DNA of 64,000 nucleotides from Deltaproteobacteria bacterium (GTDB lineage Bacteria > Desulfobacterota > Desulfobacteria > Desulfobacterales > UBA2156): positions 20,596 through 84,595 of the forward strand of contig JAFDGC010000005.1 of NCBI GenBank assembly GCA_019309485.1, given 5' to 3'. Positions 10,122 to 19,604 of the stretch are shown here, one piece after another. The notes under the pieces are model-generated. The model worked only from the letters and a program-made list of their open reading frames with translations, did no database searches and had not been told where the DNA came from. Both the position numbers and the translations under genes were made by a program. Position 1 is the stretch's first letter, and each line of letters begins with the position of its first letter.

Positions 10122-10769
10122 ATGAACCCACCTCGATTGCGCGCCGAAAAGATCTTTAAAAGCCTAAGAACCACCTATCCGGATGTCAAGACGCAGCTGC
10201 ATTTCCACACCCCCTTCGAGCTCCTCGTGGCCACGATGTTGTCGGCCCAATGCACCGACAAACAGGTCAACACGGTCACCCGGACGCTGTTTCAAAAACT
10301 CAAGACCCCCAAAGATTTCGTCAAAGTCCCCCAGGAAACCCTGGAAGCCCTGATCCGCCCCACCGGGTATTTCCGAAACAAGGCCAGGAGCATCAAAAAA
10401 TGCGCCCAGTCGCTTTTGGATAAATACGACGGCCGGGTGCCGGAGACCCTTGATGAACTGGTGGCCCTTCCGGGCGTGGGGCGCAAGACCGCCAACGTAG
10501 TGCTGGGGGCGGCGTTCGGGATCCCGGGGATCGTGGTGGATACCCACGTGGCGAGAATCGCCCAGAGACTGGCCTTAACGGCGCACAAGGATCCCGTGAA
10601 GATCGAATTCGACCTCATGGAGGTCCTTCCCGAATCGAAATGGAGCGATTTTTCCCTGCTGTTGATTTACCTGGGAAGGCAGTTCTGCACGGCCCGGAAA
10701 CCGGATTGCCCCGGTTGCCCCGTGAACCGGCATTGCTCCTGGCCGGAAAAGAGGACAATCAGAAAATGA
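10122..10769 (+). CDS. nth: Endonuclease III (DNA-(apurinic or apyrimidinic site) lyase)
   Basis: HhH-GPD motif LVALPGVGRKTANVVLG and a C-terminal 4Fe-4S ligand set CTARKPDCPGCPVNRHC. Confidence 0.9.
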   Translation: MNPPRLRAEKIFKSLRTTYPDVKTQLHFHTPFELLVATMLSAQCTDKQVNTVTRTLFQKLKTPKDFVKVPQETLEALIRPTGYFRNKARSIKKCAQSLLDKYDGRVPETLDELVALPGVGRKTANVVLGAAFGIPGIVVDTHVARIAQRLALTAHKDPVKIEFDLMEVLPESKWSDFSLLLIYLGRQFCTARKPDCPGCPVNRHCSWPEKRTIRK

Positions 10770-10788
10770 CGGGAAGTCGTCACACGAA

Positions 10789-10823
10789 AAGAGGCGCTTT
10801 CGAGATTCTCGAAAGCGCCTCTT
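10789..10823. terminator. Shared hairpin between convergent nth and csp genes
   Basis: Perfect 16-bp stem AAGAGGCGCTTTCGAG-ATT-CTCGAAAGCGCCTCTT. There is no long U tract on either side, so its terminator function is only inferred. Confidence 0.5.
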
Positions 10824-10847
10824 AATTCACCTTGCTCGGGTCGTCGA

Positions 10848-11048
10848 TTAAGCGACAGTCACGTTGACGGCGGCCGGGCCCTTTTGTCCCTGCTCTACGT
10901 CGAAAGTCACTCTGTCGCCTTCATTCAGGGATTTGAACCCGGAAGCATTGATTCCCGAATGATGAACAAAAACATCCGGGCCGTCTTCCTGAGAAATGAA
11001 GCCGTAACCTTTGCTGCTGTTAAACCATTTAACGGTTCCACTTGCCAT
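10848..11048 (-). CDS. Cold-shock protein (CspA family)
   Basis: 66 aa with RNP motifs KGYGFI and VFVHHS, preceded by an AGGAGGA SD. Confidence 0.92.
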   Translation of the reverse strand: MASGTVKWFNSSKGYGFISQEDGPDVFVHHSGINASGFKSLNEGDRVTFDVEQGQKGPAAVNVTVA

Positions 11049-11245
11049 CGTAGCATCCTCCTTTCCTAAAATTATGGTGTTCGGCTAAAGGATGCTTCTT
11101 TTGACAGACAAATGGGCTTTCCTTCAGAACGAAACCGACCCGCCCATCTGCGGCGGGCCATTTGATTATGGTGATAATAAATCCTCAAATCGTAAAAGTC
11201 AAGGAAAAACGTTCAAAGACCGGAATGATTTTCGAAAAAAAAGCG

Positions 11246-11749
11246 TTACTCCTGCACGTGCTTGACCAGGTGGGGCAACTCCGGAAAGATGAGGGCCTTG
11301 CAGGCGAGCCGGCAGGCATTGAGGCTTCCCGGCATGCAGAAAATCACGGTCTTTTGATACACTCCGGCGCAGGCCCGGGAAAGAAGCGCCGCTGAGTCGA
11401 TCTCCTCGAAGCTCAACTGGGCAAAAAGGGCGGAAAACGCCATCAGTTCCTTGTCGAATAGAGGCCGTAGCGTCTCGATGGTGATATCCTTTTCGGCGAT
11501 ACCGGTGCCGCCGGTCAACAGGATCGCCTGGGCGCCGTGCTCGGTGATCCCTTCGTGGACCGCCGTCAGGATCGCCTCCGGTTCATCCGGCACCACCCGG
11601 TGATCCACCACCTCGTGTTTTTCCTTTTTGCCCCGTTTCACGATCCAGTGGCCGCTTTTGTCTTCGGCCAGGGTGCGGGTGGAGGAAACCGAGATCACGG
11701 CAAGTTTTACCCGAAGGGGGGCGCCTTGTTTATGCTCCCGTGTGCCCAT
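11246..11749 (-). CDS. moaB: Molybdenum cofactor biosynthesis protein B (MoaB/MogA family)
   Basis: VISVSSTR...ILLTGGTGIAEKDITIE...MPGSLNA pattern of the MogA/MoaB fold. Confidence 0.8.
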   Translation of the reverse strand: MGTREHKQGAPLRVKLAVISVSSTRTLAEDKSGHWIVKRGKKEKHEVVDHRVVPDEPEAILTAVHEGITEHGAQAILLTGGTGIAEKDITIETLRPLFDKELMAFSALFAQLSFEEIDSAALLSRACAGVYQKTVIFCMPGSLNACRLACKALIFPELPHLVKHVQE

Positions 11750-11757
11750 GATTTTCC

Positions 11758-12288
11758 TTACTGGATCACGACCCGGTCCACGCCGTCTTGTTCCGTCAAA
11801 AGGACGTTGACCGTTTCCGACCGCCGGGTTTCCACGGTTTTGCCCACATAATTGGCCAGGATGGGAAGCTCCCGGTGGCCCCGGTCGATGAGGACCGCCA
11901 GTTCGATCCGGTCGGGCCGCCCGAAATCGATGAGGGCGTCCATGGCGGCCCGGGTGGTTCGGCCCGTGAACAACACATCGTCCACTAAAAGGATTTGCCG
12001 GCTGTCCACGGAAAAAGGAATCTCCGTGGCCTGAACCACAGGATTGACGCTGGCGCGAGTCCAGTCGTCCCGGTACAGGGTGATGTCGATGATGCCGGCG
12101 GGCACATCCATTCCCTCGATCTTTCGGATATTGTGCCGGATCCGCTCGGAAAGATGCACTCCGCGGGTTTGTATCCCCACCAGTCCCAGGTCCTGGGCGC
12201 CTTTGTGGACTTCCAGAATTTTGTGGGTCATGCGTAAAAGGATGCGCTTAATGTCTTCGGCATCCAGGATCGTTTCAGGGCGATTCAT
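11758..12288 (-). CDS. pyrR: Bifunctional pyrimidine regulatory protein PyrR / uracil phosphoribosyltransferase
   Basis: LVGIQTRGVHL and PRPP-binding motif ILLVDDVLFTGRTTRAA. It ends 9 nt before the moaB start. Confidence 0.9.
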   Translation of the reverse strand: MNRPETILDAEDIKRILLRMTHKILEVHKGAQDLGLVGIQTRGVHLSERIRHNIRKIEGMDVPAGIIDITLYRDDWTRASVNPVVQATEIPFSVDSRQILLVDDVLFTGRTTRAAMDALIDFGRPDRIELAVLIDRGHRELPILANYVGKTVETRRSETVNVLLTEQDGVDRVVIQ

Positions 12289-12445
12289 AACGCCTTCCCA
12301 TTATGATTTCATCTGTTACTTTTTTGTTCATCCATGCCCGTGAACGGATGAAACGAGATGTTGATTCTAGCCGATATCCATTTTATAGTAAAGAAAAAAC
12401 TGGGTCACCATCCGATCCCTGAAGATGCTCAAGAGACGACGCGAT

Positions 12446-13072
12446 ATGAAATATCCCTGCACCGGGGTAGTCCTGGCGGGCGGCCGGAATATCCGTTTCG
12501 GCGGTAAAAACAAAGCCTTTATCCCCATTTGCGGAAAAACGGTATTGGCCCACACCCTTGAGGCCTTTTCCGGTTTTTTTGAAGACATCCTTTTGGTGAC
12601 CAAGTCGCCATTGGATTATCTGGAGTATGATGTCGCCATTGCCGCCGACGTCTTTCCGGCGCCCGGTTCCCTGGCAGGGGTGCATGCGGGCTTGTTCTAT
12701 TCGGAAACGCCCTATGTCTTTTTTGCCGCCTGCGACACCCCCTTTTTAAAAAAGGAAATCATTCGACTGATACTGGATTCCATTGAAGACGGATGTGACG
12801 CCGTCATCCCGGAGACGGAAGCCGGGATGGAACCCTTGTGCGCGGTCTATTCCAAGGCGTGCCTTTCCCATGTGGAGCAGCACCTTCATCAGAACCGCCT
12901 TAAAATCACGCGGGTGTTTCAAAAAAAGCGTGTCGTCCGGATTCCCGAAGGGACGTTGCGGGAAAAGGATCCGGATCTGATTTCATTCATGAATATCAAC
13001 ACGCCCGACGACCTGGAGCGGGCGGCAATCGCCGTGGGACTGAAACCACCGGATTCCACGGATCTTTTATGA
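12446..13072 (+). CDS. mobA: Molybdenum cofactor guanylyltransferase
   Basis: MKYPCTGVVLAGGRNIRFGG..K N-terminal nucleotide-binding motif. I chose ATG at 12446 inside track ORF 12425..13072. Confidence 0.8.
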   Translation: MKYPCTGVVLAGGRNIRFGGKNKAFIPICGKTVLAHTLEAFSGFFEDILLVTKSPLDYLEYDVAIAADVFPAPGSLAGVHAGLFYSETPYVFFAACDTPFLKKEIIRLILDSIEDGCDAVIPETEAGMEPLCAVYSKACLSHVEQHLHQNRLKITRVFQKKRVVRIPEGTLREKDPDLISFMNINTPDDLERAAIAVGLKPPDSTDLL

Positions 13073-13105
13073 GCCGCTCAAAAGGCTCCCGGCGTTTTTC
13101 AGGAT

Positions 13106-13219
13106 GTGGAGCCCCCCGCCCCGAAGGACGGGGCTCCCCGGCAAAGTAAGTGCCTATTCTAGGATAGCTTCCCTTGACCCCGCCTTAAAAGGCGGGGTTT
13201 GCGGGAAGCGTTCCGGTCA
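13106..13219 (+). repeat. Two-hairpin GC-rich intergenic element, full-length copy (same family as 48288..48402)
   Basis: GTGGAGCCCCCCGCCCCGAAGGACGGGGCTCC...AGCTTCCCTTGACCCCGCCTTAAAAGGCGGGGTTTGCGGGAAGCGTTCCGGTCA aligns along its whole length with the reverse complement of 48288..48402. It ends at the AGGAGG SD of the next gene. Confidence 0.75.
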
Positions 13220-13228
13220 GGAGGAATC

Positions 13229-13609
13229 GTGGATCTTTCGCGGCTGATGCAACAAATCAAAGGCCATCCCCGCTATTCGGAAGCCGGTATGATTCTGATC
13301 CACAACGGGGTGGTTCGAAATACTGCCCGGGACGGACGCCCCGTGAAGGGATTGCGCGTGCATGTGGACCATGCCCGTCTCCAGGAGGTCATCGGCCGCC
13401 ACAAAACACGCCCCGGAATTATTGATATCCTGGTGGAAATCGCCGAAGATCGGGACCTTTCCGTGGGAGAGGATGTGATGCTCCTGGTGGTCGCCGGGGA
13501 TATCCGGGAAAATGTCCTCCAAACCCTTTCCGACACCCTCAACGCCATTAAGTCCTCCGTTACCCGGAAAACAGAATTTTTCACGGATTCGGGCGCAGTC
13601 CATTCTTAA
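13229..13609 (+). CDS. MoaE-like protein (molybdopterin synthase catalytic-subunit family)
   Basis: GMILIHNGVVRNTARDGRPV..L.V...VGEDVMLLVVAGDIRENVLQTLSDTLNAIKSSV..K.E loosely parallels the E. coli MoaE layout (FTGKVRN...VFVGVTSAHR...DYLK...WK.E). I chose GTG at 13229, 4 nt after AGGAGG (13219..13224). Confidence 0.5.
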   Translation: MDLSRLMQQIKGHPRYSEAGMILIHNGVVRNTARDGRPVKGLRVHVDHARLQEVIGRHKTRPGIIDILVEIAEDRDLSVGEDVMLLVVAGDIRENVLQTLSDTLNAIKSSVTRKTEFFTDSGAVHS

Positions 13610-13617
13610 CCCCAAAG

Positions 13618-14874
13618 TTGCATTTTGAAACGGCAGGTAAGACAAAAGTGAAATCATTTTTTCAAATCACGCCGCTGGAACAAGTCTTTGCATACGCGAC
13701 CCGATTTGAACGGGTCGATACCGAAACGGTCCCCCTGGCCGAGGCCCTGGACCGGGTGACGGCCGGGGCCGTGGCAGCCCCGGAAGATCTGCCGGAATTT
13801 GACCGGTCCATCGTGGACGGCTACGCCGTCAGGGCGTCTTCCACCTTCGGCGCCACGGAATCGAATCCCGGATATCTTACGGTCAAAGGGGAGGTGCTCA
13901 TGGGCCGTCCCCCGGAATTTACGGTGGGCGCAGGCGAAACCGCCTACATTCCCACGGGAGGAATGCTCCCGAAAGGAACCGACAGTGTGGTGATGATCGA
14001 ACACACAGAAAAACTCGACGACCATGCCGTGGAAATATACAAGAGTGTGGCCCCCGGCCAAAACGTCATTTTGACCGGGGAAGATTTTAAGAAAGAAGAT
14101 GTTCTTTTCACCGCCGGAATCCGGATCCGTCCCCAGGAAGCGGGCCTTATGGCCGCCTTCGGTATTCGTTTTGTGCCGGTCTATCGAAAACCGCGGGTGG
14201 GGATCCTTTCCACCGGGGACGAAATCGTCTCCGTCGAAGAAACGCCCGCCTTCGGACAGCTTCGGGACATCAACAGCCATACCCTCTCGGGGCTCGTCGC
14301 CAAAAGCGGCGGGATCCCCGTGGCGTTCGGGATCGTCAAAGATGATTTCGCATCGCTTTTCCACCAGTGTGCCGAGGCGTTGAAAAACACCGACGCGGTC
14401 CTCCTCTCGGGGGGAAGTTCCGTGGGAACCCGGGATCTCACCGTGGAGGTCCTTTCCCGCCTTCCGGATTCCCGGATCCTGGTGCACGGCATCCCCATCA
14501 GTCCCGGAAAACCCACCATTTTGGCCCATGTGGGGGGGAAAATGTTTTGGGGGCTCCCGGGCCACGTGGTTTCCGCCATGGTCGTTTTTGCCGCAGTGGT
14601 CCGCCCCTTTCTGGAGACTTTGGCCGGGCTTTCTCAGGCCCGACCCCAATTCGGGATTCCAGCGCGTTTGACCCGGGACCTGGCGTCCGCCCAGGGGCGC
14701 ATCGATTACGTCCGGGTCCGGCTCATCCAAAAGGAAGAGGGCCTGTGGGCCGATCCCATCCTGGGAAAATCCGGGTTGATCCATACCATGGTCAGCGCCG
14801 ACGGGTTGATCCGCGTCCCCATGAACTCGGAAGGACTCGAGGCCGGGACGCCGGTGGATGTCTTTCCCGTATAA
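13618..14874 (+). CDS. moeA: Molybdopterin molybdenumtransferase MoeA
   Basis: 418 aa with SIVDGYAV, IPTGGMLPKG, LSTGDE and LSGGSSVG motifs. The start is uncertain (TTG 13618 or GTG 13648). Confidence 0.85.
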   Translation: MHFETAGKTKVKSFFQITPLEQVFAYATRFERVDTETVPLAEALDRVTAGAVAAPEDLPEFDRSIVDGYAVRASSTFGATESNPGYLTVKGEVLMGRPPEFTVGAGETAYIPTGGMLPKGTDSVVMIEHTEKLDDHAVEIYKSVAPGQNVILTGEDFKKEDVLFTAGIRIRPQEAGLMAAFGIRFVPVYRKPRVGILSTGDEIVSVEETPAFGQLRDINSHTLSGLVAKSGGIPVAFGIVKDDFASLFHQCAEALKNTDAVLLSGGSSVGTRDLTVEVLSRLPDSRILVHGIPISPGKPTILAHVGGKMFWGLPGHVVSAMVVFAAVVRPFLETLAGLSQARPQFGIPARLTRDLASAQGRIDYVRVRLIQKEEGLWADPILGKSGLIHTMVSADGLIRVPMNSEGLEAGTPVDVFPV

Positions 14875-14920
14875 TCGAAAGGGCTGAAAAACCCTTGTTG
14901 GATTGCTTTTGGAGTCGTCG

Positions 14921-16849
14921 ATGAAAAAAGATCGAAACGTTTATCTTCAAATGAAAACATTGCAAGAGGCCAAAGAAATCCTCTTTGGAATGCTCACTTG
15001 GCCGAAAACACCCCGGCAGGAAGCGGTGGCGACCCCGGAGGCGGTGGGAAGGGTCCTGGCCGAGGCGGTTTTTGCCCGGATTTCCTCTCCGGATGCGCAC
15101 CTGGCTGCCATGGACGGGGTGGCCGTGGAGGCGGAAAAGACCTACGGGGCCAGCGAGACCGCCCCCAGGGAGCTGATCATCGGAAAAGAGGCTTTTTACG
15201 TGAATACAGGGAATATCCTTCCGCCCGGAACCAACGCCGTCATCATGATCGAGCGGATCCGGGAAGCGGGCCAAGACCGGATCGTCATCGAGTCTCCCGC
15301 CTTTCCCTTCCAGCACGTAAGAAAAGTGGGGGAAGACATCGTGGCCACGGAGCTGTTATTCCCCCAAAACCACGTTGTCACGCCTTACTGCGTGGGAGCA
15401 CTCCTTTCCGGAGGTGTCTTTCGGGTTCCGGTAAAGCCCAGGCCCAAGGTGATGATCATTCCCACTGGCTCTGAACTCGTGGATTGGCGGACCACACCCC
15501 TTGAATCGATCCGCCCCGGCCAGGTCCTGGAAACCAATTCCTATGTCCTGGGAAGCCTCATCGAACATTGGGGGGGAACGTTTGTCCGTCACGAAATGCT
15601 CAAAGACGACGTGGAGGCCATCCGGCAGGCCGTGGCCGACGGAACCCGGGGGGATTTCGACATGGTCCTGATCGGGGGGGGATCGTCCGCCGGATCCGAG
15701 GATTTCTCGCGGCGCGTCATCGCCGACCTCGGAGACGTCCGGGTGCACGGGGTCACCATCATGCCGGGAAAACCCGTCGTGATCGGGACAGTCAACGAAA
15801 AGCCCGTCTTCGGGGTTCCGGGGTACCCGGTTTCGGCCATCATCGCCTTCGAGGAATTCATCGGCCCGGTGATCTCCCGGATGCTGGGCCAAGAAGCTCG
15901 GCAGCGGGAAAAGACCGTCGTGAAACCCACCCGGAAAATCCCCTCAAAACTGGGTCTGGAAGAGTTTGTCCGGGTCAAGATCGGAAAGGTCAAAGACACC
16001 CTGGTGGCCACGCCGTTGCCCCGGGGGGCAGGATGCATCACCTCTTTGACCGAAGCCGACGGGATCATCCGCATCCCCAACCATGTGGAAGGGATAAAAG
16101 AGCAGGAGCCGGTGGAGGCGGAGCTCTTGAAACCCATACCTGCCCTGGAGAGCACCATAGTGGCGGTGGGAAGCCATGACAACACCCTCGATGTGCTGGC
16201 CGACCAGATCAAGGCGTCCTATCCCGCCTTTTCCCTGTCTTCCAGTCACGTGGGAAGCATGGGGGGCTTGATGGCCGTCAAGCGGGGGGTCTGCCATGTG
16301 GCCGGCGCCCACCTTCTCGATCCCGAAGACGGCTCCTACAATCTTTCCTATATCCGCCGCCTCCTGCAGGAGATTCCGGTGAAAGTGGTGCAGCTCGTCT
16401 TTAGAGATCAGGGATTCATCCTTCCCAAGGGAAATCCCAAAAAGATTAAAGGGATCGAGGACTTGACCCGAAAAGACGTGCGCTTCATCAACCGACAATC
16501 GGGTTCCGGAACCCGGATTCTGCTCGATTACAAGCTGCAGGAACACGGCATCGAACCCGACGCAATCCAGGGGTATGCCGTGGAAGAATACACCCACATG
16601 GCCGTGGCCGTGGCCGTGCAAAGCGGGGCCGCCGACGCGGGATTGGGCATTTTTTCAGCGGCAAAAGCCCTGGGGTTGGATTTCATTCCCGTGGTGACCG
16701 AACAGTATGACCTGATCATTCCTGAAACGGATTTCGAATCGGACCGGATCCAGGCGCTGTTGGCGGTGATCCGTTCCACCGAATTCAAAGCGCGCGTGGA
16801 GGGTCTGGGCGGGTATTCGACAAAACAGACCGGAGAGATTATTTTATGA
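14921..16849 (+). CDS. Second MoeA paralogue fused to a C-terminal periplasmic-binding-protein-like (ModA/LysR-substrate-type) domain
   Basis: The N-terminal ~410 aa are MoeA-like (AAMDGVAV, NTGNILPPGTN, IPTGSEL, IGGGSSAGSED). The C-terminal ~230 aa (GSHDNTLDVL...INRQSGSGTRILLD...AADAGLGI) look like a type-2 PBP fold. ATG at 14921 follows GGAG. Confidence 0.8.
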   Translation: MKKDRNVYLQMKTLQEAKEILFGMLTWPKTPRQEAVATPEAVGRVLAEAVFARISSPDAHLAAMDGVAVEAEKTYGASETAPRELIIGKEAFYVNTGNILPPGTNAVIMIERIREAGQDRIVIESPAFPFQHVRKVGEDIVATELLFPQNHVVTPYCVGALLSGGVFRVPVKPRPKVMIIPTGSELVDWRTTPLESIRPGQVLETNSYVLGSLIEHWGGTFVRHEMLKDDVEAIRQAVADGTRGDFDMVLIGGGSSAGSEDFSRRVIADLGDVRVHGVTIMPGKPVVIGTVNEKPVFGVPGYPVSAIIAFEEFIGPVISRMLGQEARQREKTVVKPTRKIPSKLGLEEFVRVKIGKVKDTLVATPLPRGAGCITSLTEADGIIRIPNHVEGIKEQEPVEAELLKPIPALESTIVAVGSHDNTLDVLADQIKASYPAFSLSSSHVGSMGGLMAVKRGVCHVAGAHLLDPEDGSYNLSYIRRLLQEIPVKVVQLVFRDQGFILPKGNPKKIKGIEDLTRKDVRFINRQSGSGTRILLDYKLQEHGIEPDAIQGYAVEEYTHMAVAVAVQSGAADAGLGIFSAAKALGLDFIPVVTEQYDLIIPETDFESDRIQALLAVIRSTEFKARVEGLGGYSTKQTGEIIL

Positions 16850-17283
16850 GAAACCCCGCGGCGACAAAATTGGGGTATCGCCTCCTGGATCACACCGCCG
16901 ATATGGGCATCGTTTTCTTCGGGCCCACGGTCAAGGCCCTTTACGAAGCTGCGGCAAAGGCCCTGGCGGATCTTTTGGTCGAAGGACCCGCCCCGGAAAA
17001 AGCGCAGCGCCTGTCCCTCGACATCGAAGGGGAAGACCGTGCCGATCTGATGGTCAACTGGTTGCGGGAGATTCTGTATCTTTGGGCGGCGAAAAGTCTT
17101 TGGCTCCTGGCGGCAAACGTCGAACACATCACTTTGAAACGCCTTTCGGCAACGGTTCGGGTGGCGCCTTATGATCCGACACACCAGAGGATCAAGACCG
17201 ATATCAAGGCCGTGACCTATCACCGGATCCAGGTCCGCCGGACAAAAGCCGGGTGGGAAGCGACCGTCATCTTCGACGTGTAA
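16846..17283 (+). CDS. Archease (RtcB activator family)
   Basis: YRLLDHTADMGIVFFG signature. The ATG overlaps the stop of the preceding moeA paralogue (ATGA). Confidence 0.85.
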   Translation: MRNPAATKLGYRLLDHTADMGIVFFGPTVKALYEAAAKALADLLVEGPAPEKAQRLSLDIEGEDRADLMVNWLREILYLWAAKSLWLLAANVEHITLKRLSATVRVAPYDPTHQRIKTDIKAVTYHRIQVRRTKAGWEATVIFDV

Positions 17284-17315
17284 CGCTCCTGCCGGACATC
17301 AAAAAGGAGGACCCC

Positions 17316-18755
17316 GTGGAAATAACGCCGAAACGAATCGATGCCTATCGCTGGGAAATCCCTGTCACAGGGAAGATGCGGGTGCCGGGAATCGTTTACG
17401 CCGACGACAGCATCCTGGAAGGCAAGGAACAAAACGAACCGCTCCAGCAGGTGGCCAACGTGGCTGCCTTGCCTGGGATCGTGAAGGCCTCCCTGGCCAT
17501 GCCGGACATCCATTGGGGATACGGTTTTCCCATCGGCGGGGTGGCCGCCTTCGACTGGGAGGAAGGCGTCATCTCCCCCGGGGGGGTGGGCTATGACATT
17601 AACTGCGGTGTGCGCCTGGCCACAACAACCCTCCTAAAAGGGGATATCGCAACCCGCCTCGAAGACCTGGTGAACGCCCTTTACCGGCATATTCCGTCAG
17701 GGGTGGGCTCCACGGGATCCATCCACCTCAGCGTGAACGAAGAGAAAAAAGTCCTCCGCCAGGGGAGCCGATGGGCCGTCTTCCAGGGTTACGGAGAAGC
17801 GGCGGACGTGGCGCATACGGAAGAAAAGGGGTGCATGGAAAACGCGGATCCGGACATGGTGAGCCAACGGGCCATGGAGCGGGGGCGAAAACAGCTAGGG
17901 ACCCTGGGATCCGGGAACCATTTTTTGGAAGTGGGATTCGTGGACACCGTTTACGATGAGACCGTGGCCAGGGCCTTCGGCCTTTTCGAGGGACAAGTCA
18001 CCCTGATTCTGCATTCCGGTTCCCGGGGTCTGGGATACCAGATCTGTGACGATTTTTTGGTGCGGATGACCAAATCTTCCAAAAAATATGCCTTTGATCT
18101 TCCGGACCGGCAGCTGGTCTGCGCCCCGTTGCGTTCGGAAGAAGGGACAGCGTACTTCAACGCCATGGCGTGTGCCGCCAACTATGCCTGGGCCAACCGG
18201 CAGATCCTGCTGCACCGATCCCGGGAAGTCTTTTACCGCGTGCTCGGTGTAAGCCCCCGGGATCTTGCCATGCACCTGGTTTATGATGTTTCCCATAACA
18301 TCGCCAAAAAGGAAACCCACGTCGTCGACGGCAAAAGCCGTGTGGTGTGCGTGCACCGGAAGGGGGCCACTCGATCCTTTCCCCCCGGTCATCCGGAGCT
18401 TTCTCCGGCCTACCGCGCGGTGGGCCAGCCCATTCTCATCCCCGGGGACATGGGGCGGGCCTCATTCGTCCTGGTGGGAACCCAGGCGGCCATGGAAGAG
18501 ACCTTCGGGTCCACCTGCCATGGGGCCGGCCGGGTCTTGAGCCGGAAGGCGGCCATGAAAAAAAGCAAGGGACGGTCCATCCAGCGGGAACTCGAAGACC
18601 AAGGAATCCTTGTGCGGTGGACCGGAAGAGGCACCCTTGCCGAAGAAATGCCCGAGGCCTACAAGGACGTCTCCAAGGTGGTGGAAGTGGTGCACGGCGC
18701 CGGCATTTCCAGGAAAGTCGCACGTTTGAAACCCCTGGCCGTGGTGAAAGGGTGA
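17316..18755 (+). CDS. rtcB: RNA-splicing ligase RtcB
   Basis: GGVGYDINCGVRL, GSGNHFLEV, HSGSRGLG and CHGAGR motifs. I chose GTG at 17316, after AAGGAGG. Confidence 0.9.
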   Translation: MEITPKRIDAYRWEIPVTGKMRVPGIVYADDSILEGKEQNEPLQQVANVAALPGIVKASLAMPDIHWGYGFPIGGVAAFDWEEGVISPGGVGYDINCGVRLATTTLLKGDIATRLEDLVNALYRHIPSGVGSTGSIHLSVNEEKKVLRQGSRWAVFQGYGEAADVAHTEEKGCMENADPDMVSQRAMERGRKQLGTLGSGNHFLEVGFVDTVYDETVARAFGLFEGQVTLILHSGSRGLGYQICDDFLVRMTKSSKKYAFDLPDRQLVCAPLRSEEGTAYFNAMACAANYAWANRQILLHRSREVFYRVLGVSPRDLAMHLVYDVSHNIAKKETHVVDGKSRVVCVHRKGATRSFPPGHPELSPAYRAVGQPILIPGDMGRASFVLVGTQAAMEETFGSTCHGAGRVLSRKAAMKKSKGRSIQRELEDQGILVRWTGRGTLAEEMPEAYKDVSKVVEVVHGAGISRKVARLKPLAVVKG

Positions 18756-19582
18756 CGGTGGAAGGGCTCAAGGTTTTCATCCTCGGCCTTGTCCAGGGGC
18801 TTACCGAATTTTTACCGGTGAGCAGTTCCGGGCACCTCGTCTTGATGCAGCACGCCTTCGGCATGACGGCGCCCGAGCTTTTGCTGGATATCTGCCTGCA
18901 CGTGGGGACCCTTGCCGCGGTGTGCGCCGTTTTTTACAAAGAAATCTTACACCTTGCCACCGTGCTTTTCGGGCTTTCCGGCCGAATCCGAAAGGCCGGG
19001 GGCATCCGGGCCTTGTTTGACAAACATAGGGATTTTCGAATGCTGGTGCTCATCGGTTTCGGAAGCCTGCCTACCGCAGCCCTTGGACTGATTTTCCGCA
19101 CCCACAGCGACGCGTTGTTCGGCACGACCCGGGTGGCCGGAATCATGCTTCTGGTCACGGGGGTTTTGCTCTTCTTAACCCGGAGACGATCTGGTCCCGG
19201 CCGGCCCATCGAGGCCATGGGAATCCGGGATGCCCTGCTCATCGGACTGGCCCAGGGGATGGCCGTTCTCCCGGGCCTGTCCCGCTCGGGCGCCACCATT
19301 TCCGCGGCCCTGTTTTTGGGGATCAAACGGGAAACGGCGGGACCGTTTTCCTTTCTCCTTTCGCTTCCGGCCATACTCGGGGCCCTGTTGCTGGAGATGC
19401 GTTCCGCCTTGACTCCGTCGCCGGTATCGGTGAAGATGCTCCTGGCAGGCGCCGCAACGGCCGCCGTGGTGGGGTTTTTTTCCCTGAAATTATTGCTCCG
19501 GTTCGTGAACCAGGGCCGGCTTTCCATGTTCGCCCCCTATTGCTGGGTCCTGGGCATCGCCGCATTGTTTTTCAGTTTATAA
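18752..19582 (+). CDS. uppP: Undecaprenyl-diphosphatase
   Basis: LTEFLPVSSSGHL signature and multiple TM segments. GTG at 18752 overlaps the rtcB stop (GTGA). The upstream part of track ORF 18347..19582 is rtcB out of frame. Confidence 0.85.
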   Translation: MTVEGLKVFILGLVQGLTEFLPVSSSGHLVLMQHAFGMTAPELLLDICLHVGTLAAVCAVFYKEILHLATVLFGLSGRIRKAGGIRALFDKHRDFRMLVLIGFGSLPTAALGLIFRTHSDALFGTTRVAGIMLLVTGVLLFLTRRRSGPGRPIEAMGIRDALLIGLAQGMAVLPGLSRSGATISAALFLGIKRETAGPFSFLLSLPAILGALLLEMRSALTPSPVSVKMLLAGAATAAVVGFFSLKLLLRFVNQGRLSMFAPYCWVLGIAALFFSL

Positions 19583-19604
19583 TAAAGGGAAAAAGGAGGG
19601 ATGC

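Noticed and set aside
13106-13219. Calling the GC-rich two-hairpin elements Moco riboswitches outright
   Set aside because: Three of four copies are next to Mo-cofactor/FDH genes, but most of this window is Mo-related anyway. One copy (25.6 kb) is not. One copy is only 51 nt. I could not match the elements to the Moco consensus from memory. I kept them as an unexplained repeat family to be tested against Rfam.
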